From an uncultured virus (IMG/VR IMGVR_UViG_3300002488_000005) (taxonomy: Duplodnaviria; Heunggongvirae; Uroviricota; Caudoviricetes), in the IMG/VR virus record IMGVR_UViG_3300002488_000005, positions 58,618 through 78,617 of that record: a stretch of DNA of 20,000 bases; one strand, 5' to 3'. How positions within the stretch are numbered: position 1 is the stretch's first letter; the number at the start of each line of letters is the position of its first letter. Below, in pieces: positions 1 to 7,948 of the stretch. The translations under genes and the position numbers were made by a program. The notes below the pieces were generated by a model that worked only from the letters and a program-made list of their open reading frames with translations, made no database searches and had not been told where the DNA came from.

Positions 1-191
1 GTGTTAAGCAGATTTGTCATCATTCAAACTCTAAGAAAAAGTATGAGGACGAGTCAGTCAGAGCTAGTGCACATTCGGATTGGTACTATACGCCATTCGA
101 AAACTACAAACAACCAGTCGATGTTGTGCTTGAGTGCAAGATGAAAGAGCAAGCGTTACTAAAATACAAAAAAGATTTTACATGCGTGTAG
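1..191 (+). CDS. uvsE: UV-damage endonuclease (UvsE/UVDE family), C-terminal fragment, 5'-truncated by the window
   Basis: Frame from nt 3 reads VKQICHHSNSKKKYEDESVRASAHSDWYYTPFENYKQPVDVVLECKMKEQALLKYKKDFTCV* (TAG 189-191). The H-x-S...AHSD...D-V-x-L-E-x-K-x-K-E-x-A-L pattern matches the UvsE C-terminus. Not in the ORF track. Confidence 0.8.
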   Translation, partial: VKQICHHSNSKKKYEDESVRASAHSDWYYTPFENYKQPVDVVLECKMKEQALLKYKKDFTCV

Positions 192-361
192 GCGATCTTG
201 TTGTTTGGAAGCCTGACCTGCCCTTTCAATTCTCTAGAGATTATGGAATTGTCATTGAGGTTATTGATGGCTTTTTGGTCGGTGTTTTGTGGCTCGGCTC
301 TACCGAAGTTTATTTAGAGCCAATTAGGTATTTGGAGGTTATTTATGAAGAGGGCAATTAG
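182..361 (+). CDS. Small SH3/KOW-like 'KVGDLV' family protein, copy 1
   Basis: MRVGDLVVWK...YGIVIEV...VGVLW...YLEVIYEEGN. The ATG at 182 overlaps the upstream stop; the ORF-track start at 134 is probably too long. Confidence 0.75.
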   Translation: MRVGDLVVWKPDLPFQFSRDYGIVIEVIDGFLVGVLWLGSTEVYLEPIRYLEVIYEEGN

Positions 362-557
362 TTCCATAAAGAAAGGTGCGCTTGTAAAAAAGAAGTACAA
401 TATTGACGAGGTTTTTGGCATCACAACCTCAAATGTCGAATACCATAGTCCAATGAACAGCGGCACAGTTACCGCATATATTTGGGTTTTATGGGATGAT
501 GGTGACCACCACCTTTACAAAGTAGATATGTTGGAGGAAGTAAATGAAAGTAGGTGA
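345..557 (+). CDS. Small SH3/KOW-like protein, copy 2 (divergent)
   Basis: IKKGALVKK...FGI...IWVLW...MLEEVNESR; GGAGG ends 6 nt before the ATG. Confidence 0.75.
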   Translation: MKRAISSIKKGALVKKKYNIDEVFGITTSNVEYHSPMNSGTVTAYIWVLWDDGDHHLYKVDMLEEVNESR

Positions 558-711
558 TTTAGTAAGAGTAAAAAATACGCCGTGGGATGATTTAGGAATT
601 ATTTTAGAAATAAACGGCAATTTCAAGTGGGCAGAAGTGCATTGGGTAACTTCCGGGTACATCTATGCTTTTTTTGCTGAAGACTTGGAGGTAGTAAATG
701 GAAGTGGGTGA
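544..711 (+). CDS. Small SH3/KOW-like 'KVGDLV' protein, copy 3 (55 aa)
   Basis: Hand translation MKVGDLVRVKNTPWDDLGIILEINGNFKWAEVHWVTSGYIYAFFAEDLEVVNGSG*; GGAGG RBS; below the ORF-track size cutoff. Confidence 0.85.
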   Translation: MKVGDLVRVKNTPWDDLGIILEINGNFKWAEVHWVTSGYIYAFFAEDLEVVNGSG

Positions 712-880
712 TCTCGTTTGGCTCGATAGGAGACAATTTTATGAGCATGACGAGAACGTTGGTATTATTTTAGAAGTCTTACAGACTCCTGATGGCAAAC
801 TTCTTAAAGTTGCATGGGATAATAATGAGGCTTCATGGTTTCACGAAGACGAATTGGAGGTAATAAGTGAAAATAGGTGA
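698..880 (+). CDS. Small SH3/KOW-like 'KVGDLV' protein, copy 4
   Basis: MEVGDLVWL...VGIILEV...LKVAW...ELEVISENR; GGAGG RBS. Confidence 0.85.
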   Translation: MEVGDLVWLDRRQFYEHDENVGIILEVLQTPDGKLLKVAWDNNEASWFHEDELEVISENR

Positions 881-1043
881 TTTGGTTAAACTTAAAACAG
901 GAACTGAGATTTATGGCTTCATTGTTTGTATACAAGAAAATAAATGGATTGGTTCTCGATGCGCCGTTGTCTGGCTACAGGACGGATTCCCAAAGAAATG
1001 GTATGCATTAGTCGAACTGGAGGTGTTAAATGAAAGTAGGTGA
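867..1043 (+). CDS. Small SH3/KOW-like 'KVGDLV' protein, copy 5 (58 aa, GTG start)
   Basis: Hand translation MKIGDLVKLKTGTEIYGFIVCIQENKWIGSRCAVVWLQDGFPKKWYALVELEVLNESR*; GGAGG RBS; not in the ORF track. Confidence 0.85.
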   Translation: MKIGDLVKLKTGTEIYGFIVCIQENKWIGSRCAVVWLQDGFPKKWYALVELEVLNESR

Positions 1044-1215
1044 TATAGTTTACATGAGCAAATCGATGCTCGAAATGGGATACCCAGAGATGGGAATAGT
1101 TGTGGGAATGAAAGGTAAACATTATGTTGTTGGTTTTCCAAATGGATTGGTTCAACCATTTCATCCTAACTGGGTTAGGGCCATATCAATCGAAAGGAAG
1201 AATAATGGCAAATAA
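1030..1215 (+). CDS. Small SH3/KOW-like 'KVGDIV' protein, copy 6
   Basis: MKVGDIVYM...MGIVVG...YVVGF; GGAGG RBS. Confidence 0.8.
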   Translation: MKVGDIVYMSKSMLEMGYPEMGIVVGMKGKHYVVGFPNGLVQPFHPNWVRAISIERKNNGK

Positions 1216-1450
1216 ATTTAAGGTAGGAGATCTTGTGAGGCATGTGCACTGGGATCTGTATGGAATAATTGTGCCAAGTGACAATTATTATAACTGGGTA
1301 AGAGTGATGTGGACTCGTGGAGATTTGGAAAAGCCACCCCAAGGAATTACTTGGATGATGAAGGAGGAACGAGTTGGTTGGAATTCAACACAATTCCCCG
1401 TTTGTAAAGTGGCGAAGCATTGGATCAAATTAGTACAAAAGGAGGAATAA
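1205..1450 (+). CDS. Small SH3/KOW-like 'KVGDLV' protein, copy 7
   Basis: MANKFKVGDLVRH...YGIIV...VRVMW; ATG at 1205 after AAGGA; the stop overlaps the primase start (TAATG). Confidence 0.8.
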   Translation: MANKFKVGDLVRHVHWDLYGIIVPSDNYYNWVRVMWTRGDLEKPPQGITWMMKEERVGWNSTQFPVCKVAKHWIKLVQKEE

Positions 1451-2388
1451 TGGAAGAAAAAGTTAAAATTTTATCGGAGATCTTGGGAAGACCCAACACT
1501 CCATCGGGCGGTGAGTTGTACTACCATTGTCCTTATTGTAATCATCACAAGAAGAAGTTGGCAGTCAATCTCAAGAAAGGTTGGCACTGCTGGGTCTGCG
1601 ACAAACGAGGCAAGAATGCTTATCGCATTGTCCGTAAGTTTGGAACATACCAGCAAAGACAGAAGTGGCTTGAGTTGGAAGGTCGTCTCGACCTATCAGA
1701 ATTTGATCAAATCTTTAATGAATTGAATAATCTTGAAGAAGTACAGACAATCTCACTACCAGATGAATTTATATCGCTCTGTAACAAACACCTGCCTCGC
1801 ACATGCAGAAAACCTTTAGAATACTTGGAGAGCAGAGGTATAGGCAAAGATAAGATACTGAGATGGAAAATAGGTTACTGTCCCGAAGGCCAATATGGAG
1901 GCAGAATAATCATACCTTCGTTCAACAATAACGGAGACATTAATTATTTTATTGCAAGATCTTATGTTGGTCACTCATGGAGATACCTCAATCCCCCGGC
2001 TAAAAAGGACGTTATTTTCAACGAATTGTTTGTAGACTGGGATGAGCCGATCACGTTAGTAGAAGGAGTTTTTGATGCTATAGCGGCTGGGGAAAATGCT
2101 ATTCCTGTGCTTGGGTCCACCCTGCGAGACAAAACAAAATTATTTCAGGCGATAGCCCTGAATGACACGCCGGTTTACTTAGCTTTTGATCAAGACGCTG
2201 AAAAAAAGACTGGACAAATTATTAAGAACATGTTATACTATGATATAGAGTTATACAAGATAGATGTAAGTGGCTTTGAGGACATCGCTGAAATGCCACG
2301 AAGGGTTTTGGAAACTCGAAGGGAAATGGCGCAAGCCATTGACCATGATGATTATTTTTTAATTGACGAACTTAGGAGGATAATGTGA
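1450..2388 (+). CDS. DNA primase (DnaG/T4 gp61-like; Zn finger + TOPRIM)
   Basis: CPYC...CWVC zinc ribbon; YLESRGI; RIIIP; TOPRIM VEGVFDA and AFDQD. GGAGG at 1441-1445 supports the ATG at 1450. Confidence 0.92.
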   Translation: MEEKVKILSEILGRPNTPSGGELYYHCPYCNHHKKKLAVNLKKGWHCWVCDKRGKNAYRIVRKFGTYQQRQKWLELEGRLDLSEFDQIFNELNNLEEVQTISLPDEFISLCNKHLPRTCRKPLEYLESRGIGKDKILRWKIGYCPEGQYGGRIIIPSFNNNGDINYFIARSYVGHSWRYLNPPAKKDVIFNELFVDWDEPITLVEGVFDAIAAGENAIPVLGSTLRDKTKLFQAIALNDTPVYLAFDQDAEKKTGQIIKNMLYYDIELYKIDVSGFEDIAEMPRRVLETRREMAQAIDHDDYFLIDELRRIM

Positions 2389-2582
2389 GTGAGAAAGAGA
2401 AAGAATATTTACAAAAAGATTATATTAAACTAAAAAATATATGCCGTGATCTTGTTTGGATGACACACGGAACAACGGATAAAGAAGAGCATTATGACTT
2501 AGTCAAAATGACAATACCAGCAATCAGGGAAGCCCTTGAAATTATGAAGCAACTTATAGAGGAGGAACAATGTATAAGATAG
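2385..2582 (+). CDS. Hypothetical protein
   Basis: GTG start overlapping the primase stop (GTGA), AGGAGG upstream, 3' end overlaps the next gene. Confidence 0.65.
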   Translation: MSEKEKEYLQKDYIKLKNICRDLVWMTHGTTDKEEHYDLVKMTIPAIREALEIMKQLIEEEQCIR

Positions 2583-5500
2583 CACACATAGCAGACACAC
2601 ACATAAGAAACTTGAAGTATCACGATGAGTATAGAATCGCCTTTCGTGATCTTTATGAAAAATTAGCAAGCGACATGCCGGACCTTATTGTCCATTGCGG
2701 TGACCTTGCACATACAAAGACGCAACTCAGTCCTGAATATTTTCAACTGTGCGCAGAGTTTCTATCGTCTTTAGCCAACATAGCGCCAACATATGTTATA
2801 TTGGGTAATCACGATGGCAATCTCAAGAACGACAGTAGGCAAGATGCGATTACGCCTATTGTAAATGCACTGAACCATCCACGATTACATTTACTAAAAG
2901 ATAGTGGTGAAGTTCATATTGGCAATGATTTGGTTCTAAATGTGCTTTCAATCTTTGACCGAGACAATTGGGCCAAACCAACAAACAAAGAAAAAATTAA
3001 CATTGCCTTGTATCATGGGGCAATTGCCGGTAGCCAAACCGGTGCAGAATGGACAATGGACCAAGGAGATGACGATGTTTCTATTTTTCATGATTTTGAT
3101 TTTGCGATGCTTGGAGACATCCACAGACAGCAACAGCTAGACCTTGATGGTAGAGTCTGGTACTGTGGTTCAACCACTCAGCAGAAATTTAGCGAGTCTG
3201 CTCGCAAAGGTTATCTTTTGTGGGAAATAAACTCAAAAGACAAGTTTAACGTTTCAAAAAGATTCGTAATAAATCCAAGACCNTTTATTACAATAAGNCT
3301 AACAGATAAAGGTGCGCTACCAGACACTCATGTACCTAGAAATGCAAGACTCAGAATCATCTCTAGAACCAATTTGCCGGCTGATAAACTTAGGAAGGCA
3401 AGATCAATAGCGGAAATGAAATGGAGCCCTCATTCCGTAACAATGCTCAACGGCAAAGAATCGTCAAAAATGCATGATGAAGGCTATTATTCGAACTCTG
3501 TCTTATCTGAAAATCTAAGAGATATCAGTGTGCAAGAAAAATACATTAAGAACTATTTATCCGACATGGAGCTTGAACCTAGCGTTTTGGAAAAGGTTCT
3601 TGAGCATAACCAGAAATACAATACATTAGCAGAACAAGGGGAGGAAGTTAGTAGAAATGTTATATGGAAAATTAAAAAAGCAGAATGGGACAATTTGTTC
3701 AACTACAGTGAAAAGAATGAAATCGACTTTGCAAAACTCAACGGGCTTGTTGGCATCTTTGGCCGTAATTATTCCGGCAAGTCTAGTATTATCGACAGCA
3801 TTTTATTCACGCTGTTTAATGCAACCTCGAAAGGTGAGCGAAAGAACGTACACGTCATAAACCAAAATAAGCAAAAGGCTATTGGTAAGGTAGAGATTGA
3901 GGTTGGAGATAAAACCTACAAAATCTGTAGAAATTTAGAGAAGTATACTAAAAAGTATAAAGGCAAGGAGTCTCAAGAGGCTAAAGTTGATTTAGATTTT
4001 CATCTAGTTTCTGATGATGAAAGCCTGAACGGTACAACAAGGAATGAAACTGATTCCAACATTAGAAAGCACTTTGGGAGCATGGAGGACTTTTTGTTAA
4101 CATCCATGTCTTCCCAGTTAGATTCTTTGTCTTTTGTCAAAGAAGGTTCTACGAAGCGTAAAGAAATTCTCGCTAAGTTTCTGGATTTGGAAATATTTGA
4201 TAAAAAGTTCAAGTTGGCCAAAAAGGACGCTGCTGAGTTGCGTGGTGTCGTAAGAAGGCTACAGGATAAAAAGTGGGATAAAGAGATCCAAAAGAACATA
4301 GAGATCTTGGAGGAAATCAAGCACGATCTTGCTAACCAAAATACCAAATGTCAAAAAATAACATCAGAGTGCGACAGTCTTCAGGCAGAACTTGACATTC
4401 TCAATTCCAGAATTGAGAACATACCAGCAGAGCCAATTGACATTGATAAGGTTATTTTAGAAATTAGTAAGATACAGAAACGTAAGCAGCACCTCAAAGA
4501 TCAAACTCAAGATTTCAATTTCAAGGTCTGGGAAATGGAAGAGCAGGTTGAATCTAAAAAGAAAGAGTTTGCGGAGATCAATATAGGCGAATTACGTCTT
4601 AGTAGAGCATCTGCTGATGCTATCGAGCATAAAATCAAAAAGACACGTGAAGCTATATCAAACTGGATTTCGCAAGAAAAGGTAGCACTAAAAAAGATCA
4701 AGATGTTAGATAATCACGAATATGATCCCAACTGCGTGTTCTGTTGTGAAAATAAGTTCGTCAAAGATGCACATGATGCTAAATCTTCTTTACCCGATAC
4801 GTTGGAGAAAATTGCCCATCTACAGCAGCACCAAAGAGATCTACAGGACTCGCTAAATGACCTAGACGTAGAAACAGTAGATAGCCAAATTGATTTACAT
4901 GTCAAACTACAGGAAGACATTCACCGCCTAAGCAGAACAATTGAGATGCACAAAATTTCTATTGAAGGCAACAAATCAAAAATAAATCTCCTACATAAGG
5001 AATACGAAGAGTTGTGTGAAAAGAAAAACCTTTATGAAGAAAATCGAGAAGCAATTGAAAATTTAGAGACATTATCTAGAGAAAAGAATGCTTTAGAAAT
5101 GGTAATTCGCAGTAAGCAAAATTCTTATAAAAAGTGCCAAGATAGAATAACTGAGATTCTTGTTGAGAAAGGGTCAACCAAGTCGACATTGGCTACGTTG
5201 CTTGAAAACCGTAAAGAACTAGAGGATGTTGAGAGAGAGTGGATCGCTTATGATTTGTTTTTGCAATGTATGCATGCAAATGGCATTCCTTACCAAATTA
5301 TAAAACAAAAACTTCCTTTACTAAATGAAGAGATTGCAAAAATTCTAGAGAACATCGTTGATTTTGAAGTCTTTTTTGAGAGTAATGATGCAAAGCTCGA
5401 CATCAACATAAAGCACCCATATTATGATCCTCGTCCGTTATCTATGGGTTCAGGCGCAGAAAAGACATTGGCATCGATGGCAATACGTTTAGCTTTGATT

Positions 5501-5719
5501 TCAATAACAAATTTGCCAAAGAGCGAACTATTTATACTTGACGAACCAGCAACTGCTTTAGATCAAGAACACATGGAAGGCTTTACAAGATTGCTAAGAT
5601 TGATTAAAAACCAATTCAAGACTGTAATTCTAATCTCCCATCTTGATTCCTTAAAAGACGTTGTCGACATGACAATTGAAATTGATAAAGTTGATGGCTA
5701 TGCTAATGTGAGGGTGTAA
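2570..5719 (+). CDS. Fused Mre11/SbcD nuclease - Rad50/SbcC ATPase (T4 gp47-gp46-like)
   Basis: N-terminal metallophosphoesterase motifs (HIADTH, GD, GNHD, YHG, GDIH), then Walker A GRNYSGKS, long coiled coils with a central CVFC Zn-hook, signature-like SGAEK, Walker B FILDEP and H-loop ISH, all in one 1049-aa ORF. Confidence 0.93.
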   Translation: MYKIAHIADTHIRNLKYHDEYRIAFRDLYEKLASDMPDLIVHCGDLAHTKTQLSPEYFQLCAEFLSSLANIAPTYVILGNHDGNLKNDSRQDAITPIVNALNHPRLHLLKDSGEVHIGNDLVLNVLSIFDRDNWAKPTNKEKINIALYHGAIAGSQTGAEWTMDQGDDDVSIFHDFDFAMLGDIHRQQQLDLDGRVWYCGSTTQQKFSESARKGYLLWEINSKDKFNVSKRFVINPRXFITIXLTDKGALPDTHVPRNARLRIISRTNLPADKLRKARSIAEMKWSPHSVTMLNGKESSKMHDEGYYSNSVLSENLRDISVQEKYIKNYLSDMELEPSVLEKVLEHNQKYNTLAEQGEEVSRNVIWKIKKAEWDNLFNYSEKNEIDFAKLNGLVGIFGRNYSGKSSIIDSILFTLFNATSKGERKNVHVINQNKQKAIGKVEIEVGDKTYKICRNLEKYTKKYKGKESQEAKVDLDFHLVSDDESLNGTTRNETDSNIRKHFGSMEDFLLTSMSSQLDSLSFVKEGSTKRKEILAKFLDLEIFDKKFKLAKKDAAELRGVVRRLQDKKWDKEIQKNIEILEEIKHDLANQNTKCQKITSECDSLQAELDILNSRIENIPAEPIDIDKVILEISKIQKRKQHLKDQTQDFNFKVWEMEEQVESKKKEFAEINIGELRLSRASADAIEHKIKKTREAISNWISQEKVALKKIKMLDNHEYDPNCVFCCENKFVKDAHDAKSSLPDTLEKIAHLQQHQRDLQDSLNDLDVETVDSQIDLHVKLQEDIHRLSRTIEMHKISIEGNKSKINLLHKEYEELCEKKNLYEENREAIENLETLSREKNALEMVIRSKQNSYKKCQDRITEILVEKGSTKSTLATLLENRKELEDVEREWIAYDLFLQCMHANGIPYQIIKQKLPLLNEEIAKILENIVDFEVFFESNDAKLDINIKHPYYDPRPLSMGSGAEKTLASMAIRLALISITNLPKSELFILDEPATALDQEHMEGFTRLLRLIKNQFKTVILISHLDSLKDVVDMTIEIDKVDGYANVRV

Positions 5720-5720
5720 A

Positions 5721-6089
5721 ATGAAATTAACTACAAAATTATTGAAAAAAATAATAAGAGAAGAGGTTGATAGGCTCAAAGAAACAGCCTATAACAAAGC
5801 AAAAGAAATAGGGGAAAAGCACGGTATTAACGATTGGAAATCAATCGACTTCGACAAGCATGCGGCAGCGGCTAAACATGCCCTAAATATCTTGTCAAAG
5901 TTTGGTTATTTCAAAAGCGACAATAAGGGTGTTGCAAGGTGGGTTAATGAGCTAAACCTAATGAATGGGGTATACAAAATTTATGTACACCCAGACAAAT
6001 TTTCAGAAGTTGTGAATAAAATAGAAGCCGAAGCTCCTAGTATTGCAAGGTTCATGACAGTTACCTACTATGAGGAGAAAAAATTATGA
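5721..6089 (+). CDS. Hypothetical protein with 'MKLT..L..IIREE' leader
   Basis: N-terminus MKLTTKLLKKIIREEV; starts 1 nt after the preceding stop. Confidence 0.75.
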   Translation: MKLTTKLLKKIIREEVDRLKETAYNKAKEIGEKHGINDWKSIDFDKHAAAAKHALNILSKFGYFKSDNKGVARWVNELNLMNGVYKIYVHPDKFSEVVNKIEAEAPSIARFMTVTYYEEKKL

Positions 6090-6166
6090 GTAAGTCAGAA
6101 GAAAAAAAATGTAAATGCACAACACCGTGTTGTGAAGGTTGCCAATGTAAGGGGGGCTGTTGCTAA
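6086..6166 (+). CDS. 26-aa cysteine-rich, metallothionein-like peptide
   Basis: MSKSEEKKCKCTTPCCEGCQCKGGCC*; GAGGAG RBS at 6072-6077; ATGA overlap with the upstream stop and TAATG overlap with the downstream start. Confidence 0.7.
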   Translation: MSKSEEKKCKCTTPCCEGCQCKGGCC

Positions 6167-6429
6167 TGGCCTGTCACGACGATCATGATGTTGAACAAGA
6201 AGACACTCGATTATCGGGTGATTGTGAATCGCATGAAGCGATGAATAAATTAGGAATGATTGATATCATTCTTGGTAAGGCTGTATCTAGAAAGTTGCTG
6301 GTTTTTGCAACAGCAACAGGAATGTTTATGTGGTATGGTCTTGATCCTGACACGTGGGGCCTGATTGCAATGATATATGTCGGTGGCCAATCTGTTATTG
6401 ACACAGTCAAAGTATGGAAGCATGGATAA
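6166..6429 (+). CDS. Putative holin-like small membrane protein
   Basis: Two hydrophobic segments after an SRKLLV motif, with a basic C-terminal tail; ATG at 6166 overlaps the upstream TAA. Confidence 0.55.
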   Translation: MACHDDHDVEQEDTRLSGDCESHEAMNKLGMIDIILGKAVSRKLLVFATATGMFMWYGLDPDTWGLIAMIYVGGQSVIDTVKVWKHG

Positions 6430-6818
6430 TGTTTTGGGTTAAGCTAAAATTAGCTGCCGCATGGTGTCGCCAATACTGGAGATGGCTCGTATTTGTCATC
6501 GCAGTATTGGTTTCTTACCTTTTGGGTAAGAGAGACAAAGATAAACTGAAAGAACAAGCAAAGCTAGCAAAAGATATGTATATTAAAGAAAAGGAAGTGA
6601 TCGAAAGAGCACATCAGCAAGAAATGCAAGCCAAAGAAGAAGCACAACAAAGATATTCTGAGGCTGTCGATAAGATCGAAAAGAAGTACGAAGAAGACCA
6701 ATTCGATTTAACCCATGCAAAGAAAGAAGCAGTTAAGAAGATGGTCAACAAGGCCAAGAACAACCCGGATGAGATTGATCGCATTCTGGAGGAACAATTA
6801 GGAATAGTAAAAAAATGA
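6429..6818 (+). CDS. Membrane-anchored coiled-coil protein (i-spanin/Rz-like)
   Basis: Single N-terminal TM segment (WLVFVIAVLVSYLLG) followed by a charged helical coiled coil; directly follows the holin-like gene (TAATG). Confidence 0.5.
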   Translation: MFWVKLKLAAAWCRQYWRWLVFVIAVLVSYLLGKRDKDKLKEQAKLAKDMYIKEKEVIERAHQQEMQAKEEAQQRYSEAVDKIEKKYEEDQFDLTHAKKEAVKKMVNKAKNNPDEIDRILEEQLGIVKK

Positions 6819-7948
6819 AACTTATAATGGAAAATTGGAGAAGGTATATTGTAGAATCTAAGTTGAAATTGGATGAAAACCAAATGCAACCTAAATTCCT
6901 CAGAGAGTTTGTAATGAACGAGGGTCTTATTGAAGAAGACAAGGACCCTGACTCGTTATCTGTTCAAGAATTAGCCAATATGAAACCGCAGCAAATAATC
7001 AGTGCTTATGAAAACATGAAGAAGAATGAGACTGGTGACAGGATAGCAAAAAGAATTTCTCGGTACAAAGCATTGAACGACAGACTAAGAGAAACAGAAT
7101 TTGAAATGTCAGAACTAAAATGGACGAGAGAGGAAGGCGGACCTTCAATTTTCACTAATTTTTTCGACTCAATCAAAAAAATAACCAACGCAATTCTTAG
7201 GACCTCCTTCAAGACATCAAAAGAAAAAGAGGCCGATATAGAAAAAAATTATGACAAATCTGTCGCAGATCTTAGACAAATCATGCTTGATGCTTATAGT
7301 CCAATTGAAAGGGAGCTATTTAGAGCAATTAGTATTTTTACCGGAGGACATTACCCAGCGATCAGGGATCCTGATGCTTTTGATCCAAAGAAAGCCAAAG
7401 CTCTCAAGTTTGTTAATGATGGCATCATCGACATGTTTCAGCCTTCCAAAGAAACATACGAAAAGGCTAAAGTAATATTACAGAAACTAGTTCAATCCAA
7501 AATAAAACCTGTCGAGGTGTGGAGAGGCCTTAGTATGAAAGAGACGACATCTAGTAAAAGTAGGTATGCCGGTTTAGATTTGTATAAGAAAGGGAACGTA
7601 ATTAGTGTGGGTAATCTTAGCTCTTTTAGTACTGACAAGAATATTGCTTACGATAATTTTATGGAAGGCGAGCATTTTGCTAATTTGCAAAAAGGTCAAT
7701 GGGGTGTTATATTATATATACCTAAATTGACAAGGGGTGCTGACGTCGATGAGTTCTCGCAGTTCGAAGACGATGAAGTAGAGATTATAGTGTCTGGTAA
7801 ATTTAGAATAAGTAAAGTAGAATCGCACCCAAGAGGAAAGGAGAACAAGAGGCAAGAAGGCAATAGCTTACAGGACCTCTTGAATTCTCCAAACCCTCCA
7901 AGATATGATCAGCATGTCATAGTCATAACGTTAGAGGATATAAAATGA
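6815..7948 (+). CDS. ADP-ribosyltransferase, R-S-E class (T4 Alt/Mod, VIP2-like)
   Basis: C-terminal domain has VWRGL (Arg), LSSFST (STS motif) and SQFEDDEVEII (ExE); N-terminal leader MKLIMENWRRYIVE. Confidence 0.72.
   Translation: MKLIMENWRRYIVESKLKLDENQMQPKFLREFVMNEGLIEEDKDPDSLSVQELANMKPQQIISAYENMKKNETGDRIAKRISRYKALNDRLRETEFEMSELKWTREEGGPSIFTNFFDSIKKITNAILRTSFKTSKEKEADIEKNYDKSVADLRQIMLDAYSPIERELFRAISIFTGGHYPAIRDPDAFDPKKAKALKFVNDGIIDMFQPSKETYEKAKVILQKLVQSKIKPVEVWRGLSMKETTSSKSRYAGLDLYKKGNVISVGNLSSFSTDKNIAYDNFMEGEHFANLQKGQWGVILYIPKLTRGADVDEFSQFEDDEVEIIVSGKFRISKVESHPRGKENKRQEGNSLQDLLNSPNPPRYDQHVIVITLEDIK

Larger units (their letters stand above)
531..1049 (+). repeat. Four copies of a ~33-bp degenerate gene-junction repeat (plus a partial copy at 332)
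   Basis: 531 TTGGAGGAAGTAAATGAAAGTAGGTGATTTAGT; 685 TTGGAGGTAGTAAATGGAAGTGGGTGATCTCGT; 854 TTGGAGGTAATAAGTGAAAATAGGTGATTTGGT; 1017 CTGGAGGTGTTAAATGAAAGTAGGTGATATAGT. Confidence 0.9.

Noticed and set aside
531..1049. 33-bp repeats at 154-169 bp spacing resembling a CRISPR array or integron attC sites
   Set aside because: The repeats are degenerate and non-palindromic, the spacers are 120-135 bp of in-frame coding sequence, and there is no cas or integrase gene in the window.
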